The notes below the pieces were generated by a model. It saw nothing but the letters and a program-made list of their open reading frames with translations. It was not told the origin of the DNA and made no database searches. The translations under genes and the position numbers were made by a program. From assembly GCA_965112735.1 (NCBI GenBank), contig OZ218953.1, positions 558,001 to 622,000 of the forward strand: a DNA stretch of 64,000 nt, written 5' to 3'. Below, one piece after another: positions 62,028 to 64,000 of this stretch (its first letter is position 1; every line of letters begins with the position of its first letter). The stretch comes from Phaeosaccion multiseriatum. Taxonomy: Eukaryota; Protista; Ochrophyta, other classes.

Positions 62028-63680
62028 ATGGAGAAGGAGGCTTTCGTGCGCGTGCTGCAGAGCGACGGGGACGAGGCAAACCTCAGCGACTTGTTCGTGG
62101 GGGATGAGTTTCAGTGCGCGGTGCTCGCAGAGGTGCTGCAGCAGGGCAATGTACACAAGTCTTCACTGGTGCTGCGAGGCAATCACATAAGGTAGGATAG
62201 AGGAGATTCAGTGTCGGATGAAATAATGGTTGTGGATGGTGTGGCTATGATGGTTGCTGCCGTGGAGTCTGATGTGTGAGTATTCGTGGAAGAAAAGACA
62301 AAAGACAAACCTCTCCTTCTTCCTCTCTCTGTCGCTTCCTTTCTCACCTTCATCTCTCTCTCGCTCCTCAGTTCGGACGGCATCGTGCGGCTATCGGACG
62401 CGCTCAAAGGAGACCACATGATCTCGGAACTTTCCCTGGAGTGGAACAACATAGGTGCGTTCCCACCACATCGCCTTTGTTGTGCACCTCTAGGTGTGCC
62501 TGCCAAGGCTCCAATGCAACAAGCCCTCACAGCGAACAATGCACGTGGGCCGGCCGCACGTTCGCAACTCGCTGGGCTATCTCCTTGACATACAATCGCC
62601 CTGCATATCTTGTTCTCTTCTTGTCTTCGCTCGCCCGACGGGAGGCAGGCACCTTCGACCATGGGGTGGAGGCACTCGCGAACGTTCTGGAGGTGAACAG
62701 GACGCTAGAGAAGCTCGACCTTCGCAACAACAGCGTCAGCGCCACGGGAGCCAAGGCCTTGGCCAGAGCGCTGCGGAGCAATAGCACGCTCAAGGCGCTC
62801 GACCTGAGGTACTGAGGTGTGGAGGGAGCAACAGGGTTCGGGAGGAGGGAGGAGGGAGGAGGGGTGAGATCACCAATGTTCCTCCTGCCCCAGCAGAGAC
62901 TCAAAGGACGACGGTTGCGGGGTGCTCAGCATGCGATGCCCTCCTCCTCGAGCTTTCGTGAAGGCTTGATGGAATTCTTTCCTCTCCCTTTTCGAGATGC
63001 TCATCTCCTCCTCCTCCTCCTCCTCCTCCTCCTCCTCCTCCTCCTCCTCCTCCTCCTCCTCCTCCTCCTCCTCCTCCTCCTCCTCCTCCTCCTCCTCCTC
63101 CTCCTCCTCCTCCTCCTCCTCCTCCTCCTCCTCCTCCTCCTCCTCCTCCTCCTCCTCCTCCTCCTCCTCCTCCTCCTCCTCCTCCTCCTCCTCCTCCTCC
63201 TCCTCCTCCTCCTCCTCCTCCTCCTCCTCCTCCTCCTCCTCCTCCTCCTCCTCCTCCTCCTCCTCCTCCTCCTCCTCCTCCTCCTCCTCCTCCTCCTCCT
63301 CCTCCTCCTCCTCCTCCTCCTCCTCCTCCTCCTCCTCCTCCTCCTCCTCTCCCTCCTCCTCCTCCGCTACCACCCGCCAGATGGAATGAAATCGGCACCG
63401 ACGGAGGCAGAGCCTTTAGGGATCTTCTGGACACCAACTCAACCCTCTCGGATCTCCAGCTATCTGGAAACCAGGCGAGTGTCTGAGTGTGAGATGTGAC
63501 TGGGGTTGCCTTCCTTCCTGACAAGCCAACCAACGAGGGCTTCTCTTCGGCCCTCCGGATAAGCACAGCGAGCACATCTCTCTCTGCCTCCCTTGTCTCT
63601 CTCTCTATCTGTCTCCCTTCTCGCTCTCTCTCTCTCTCTCTCTCTCTGTCTCCCTTGTCTCTCTCTCTATCTGTCTCCCT

Positions 63681-63716
<36 letters not shown>

Positions 63717-64000
63717 CCTTGTCTCTCTCTCTCTCTCTGTCTCCCTTCTCGCTCTCTCTCTCTCTCTCCCTCTGTCTCTCTCTCTCTCTCTCTATCTGTC
63801 TGTCTCTCTCTCCTCTGTACGGCTTCCCCCACCCATCGCCTCTCCCTCCATTGGCGGCTACCATACCGTATCGTCTAACACGGCCTAAACAAAACTGAAA
63901 CTTGAAACTTTCTGCAGGTGGAAGACGCCCTACTGGAGAACCTGGAGGCCGCTGTGGCGGACAGAGACTCTCGCCTCGCTGCCCATGTGTCTCTGAAGGA
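62028..64000 (+). CDS. RNI-like leucine-rich-repeat protein, LRRC45-like (3' partial)
   Basis: Exons 62028-62191, 62372-62454, 62649-62808, 63381-63474, 63918->end. LRRs LVLRGNHI, LSLEWNNI, LDLRNNSV, LDLRWNEI, LQLSGNQV. Confidence 0.8.
63006..63364. repeat. (CCT)n trinucleotide tract, ~360 bp, intronic
   Basis: Nearly perfect repeat ending just before the acceptor at 63380. Similar tracts lie at ~29760-29910 and ~48265-48412. Confidence 0.95.

Noticed and set aside
62819-63575. Poly-L/E/G/S ORFs (also at 29484-30036 and 54403-55282)
   Set aside because: These are translations of intronic (CCT)n and (CTCCT)n microsatellites.
1-64000. tRNA, rRNA, transposase or reverse-transcriptase genes
   Set aside because: None was recognisable by eye. 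Small ncRNAs such as snoRNAs cannot be excluded without a covariance-model search.

Overview
This is intron-rich, GC-rich eukaryotic nuclear DNA. It is most consistent with a photosynthetic, flagellated stramenopile (ochrophyte): there are plastid-type bipartite presequences, a GUN4, and SPAG17/PF6-like and LRRC45-like genes. I reconstructed 14 spliced genes by hand, with frame checks across most GT-AG junctions. In order: a partial gene end, TPR + 2OG-Fe(II) oxygenase, a 17-exon repetitive type I membrane protein, nucleoredoxin-like/TPR/SAM-methyltransferase, SPAG17-like, an ARM-like hypothetical, TrmB, FHA-PP2C, a multi-thioredoxin ER protein, SAE1, GUN4, an NPL-domain protein, an IQ protein, TrmJ and a partial LRR protein (15 coding loci counting both partials). 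The most striking unexplained signal is a dispersed DNA motif, (CAG)n-TTGGTGATA-(CAG)n. Its 12-mer core CAGTTGGTGATA occurs exactly at least 14 times, only inside genes, on both strands and in three reading frames, so it is conserved as DNA rather than as protein. Other notable items are a surface-protein gene built from tandem exon+intron cassettes with silaffin/cingulin-like KxxK and RxL motifs, an intergenic array of long hairpins, and intronic microsatellites that copy their own splice signals. All calls come from reading the sequence only; no database searches were run.
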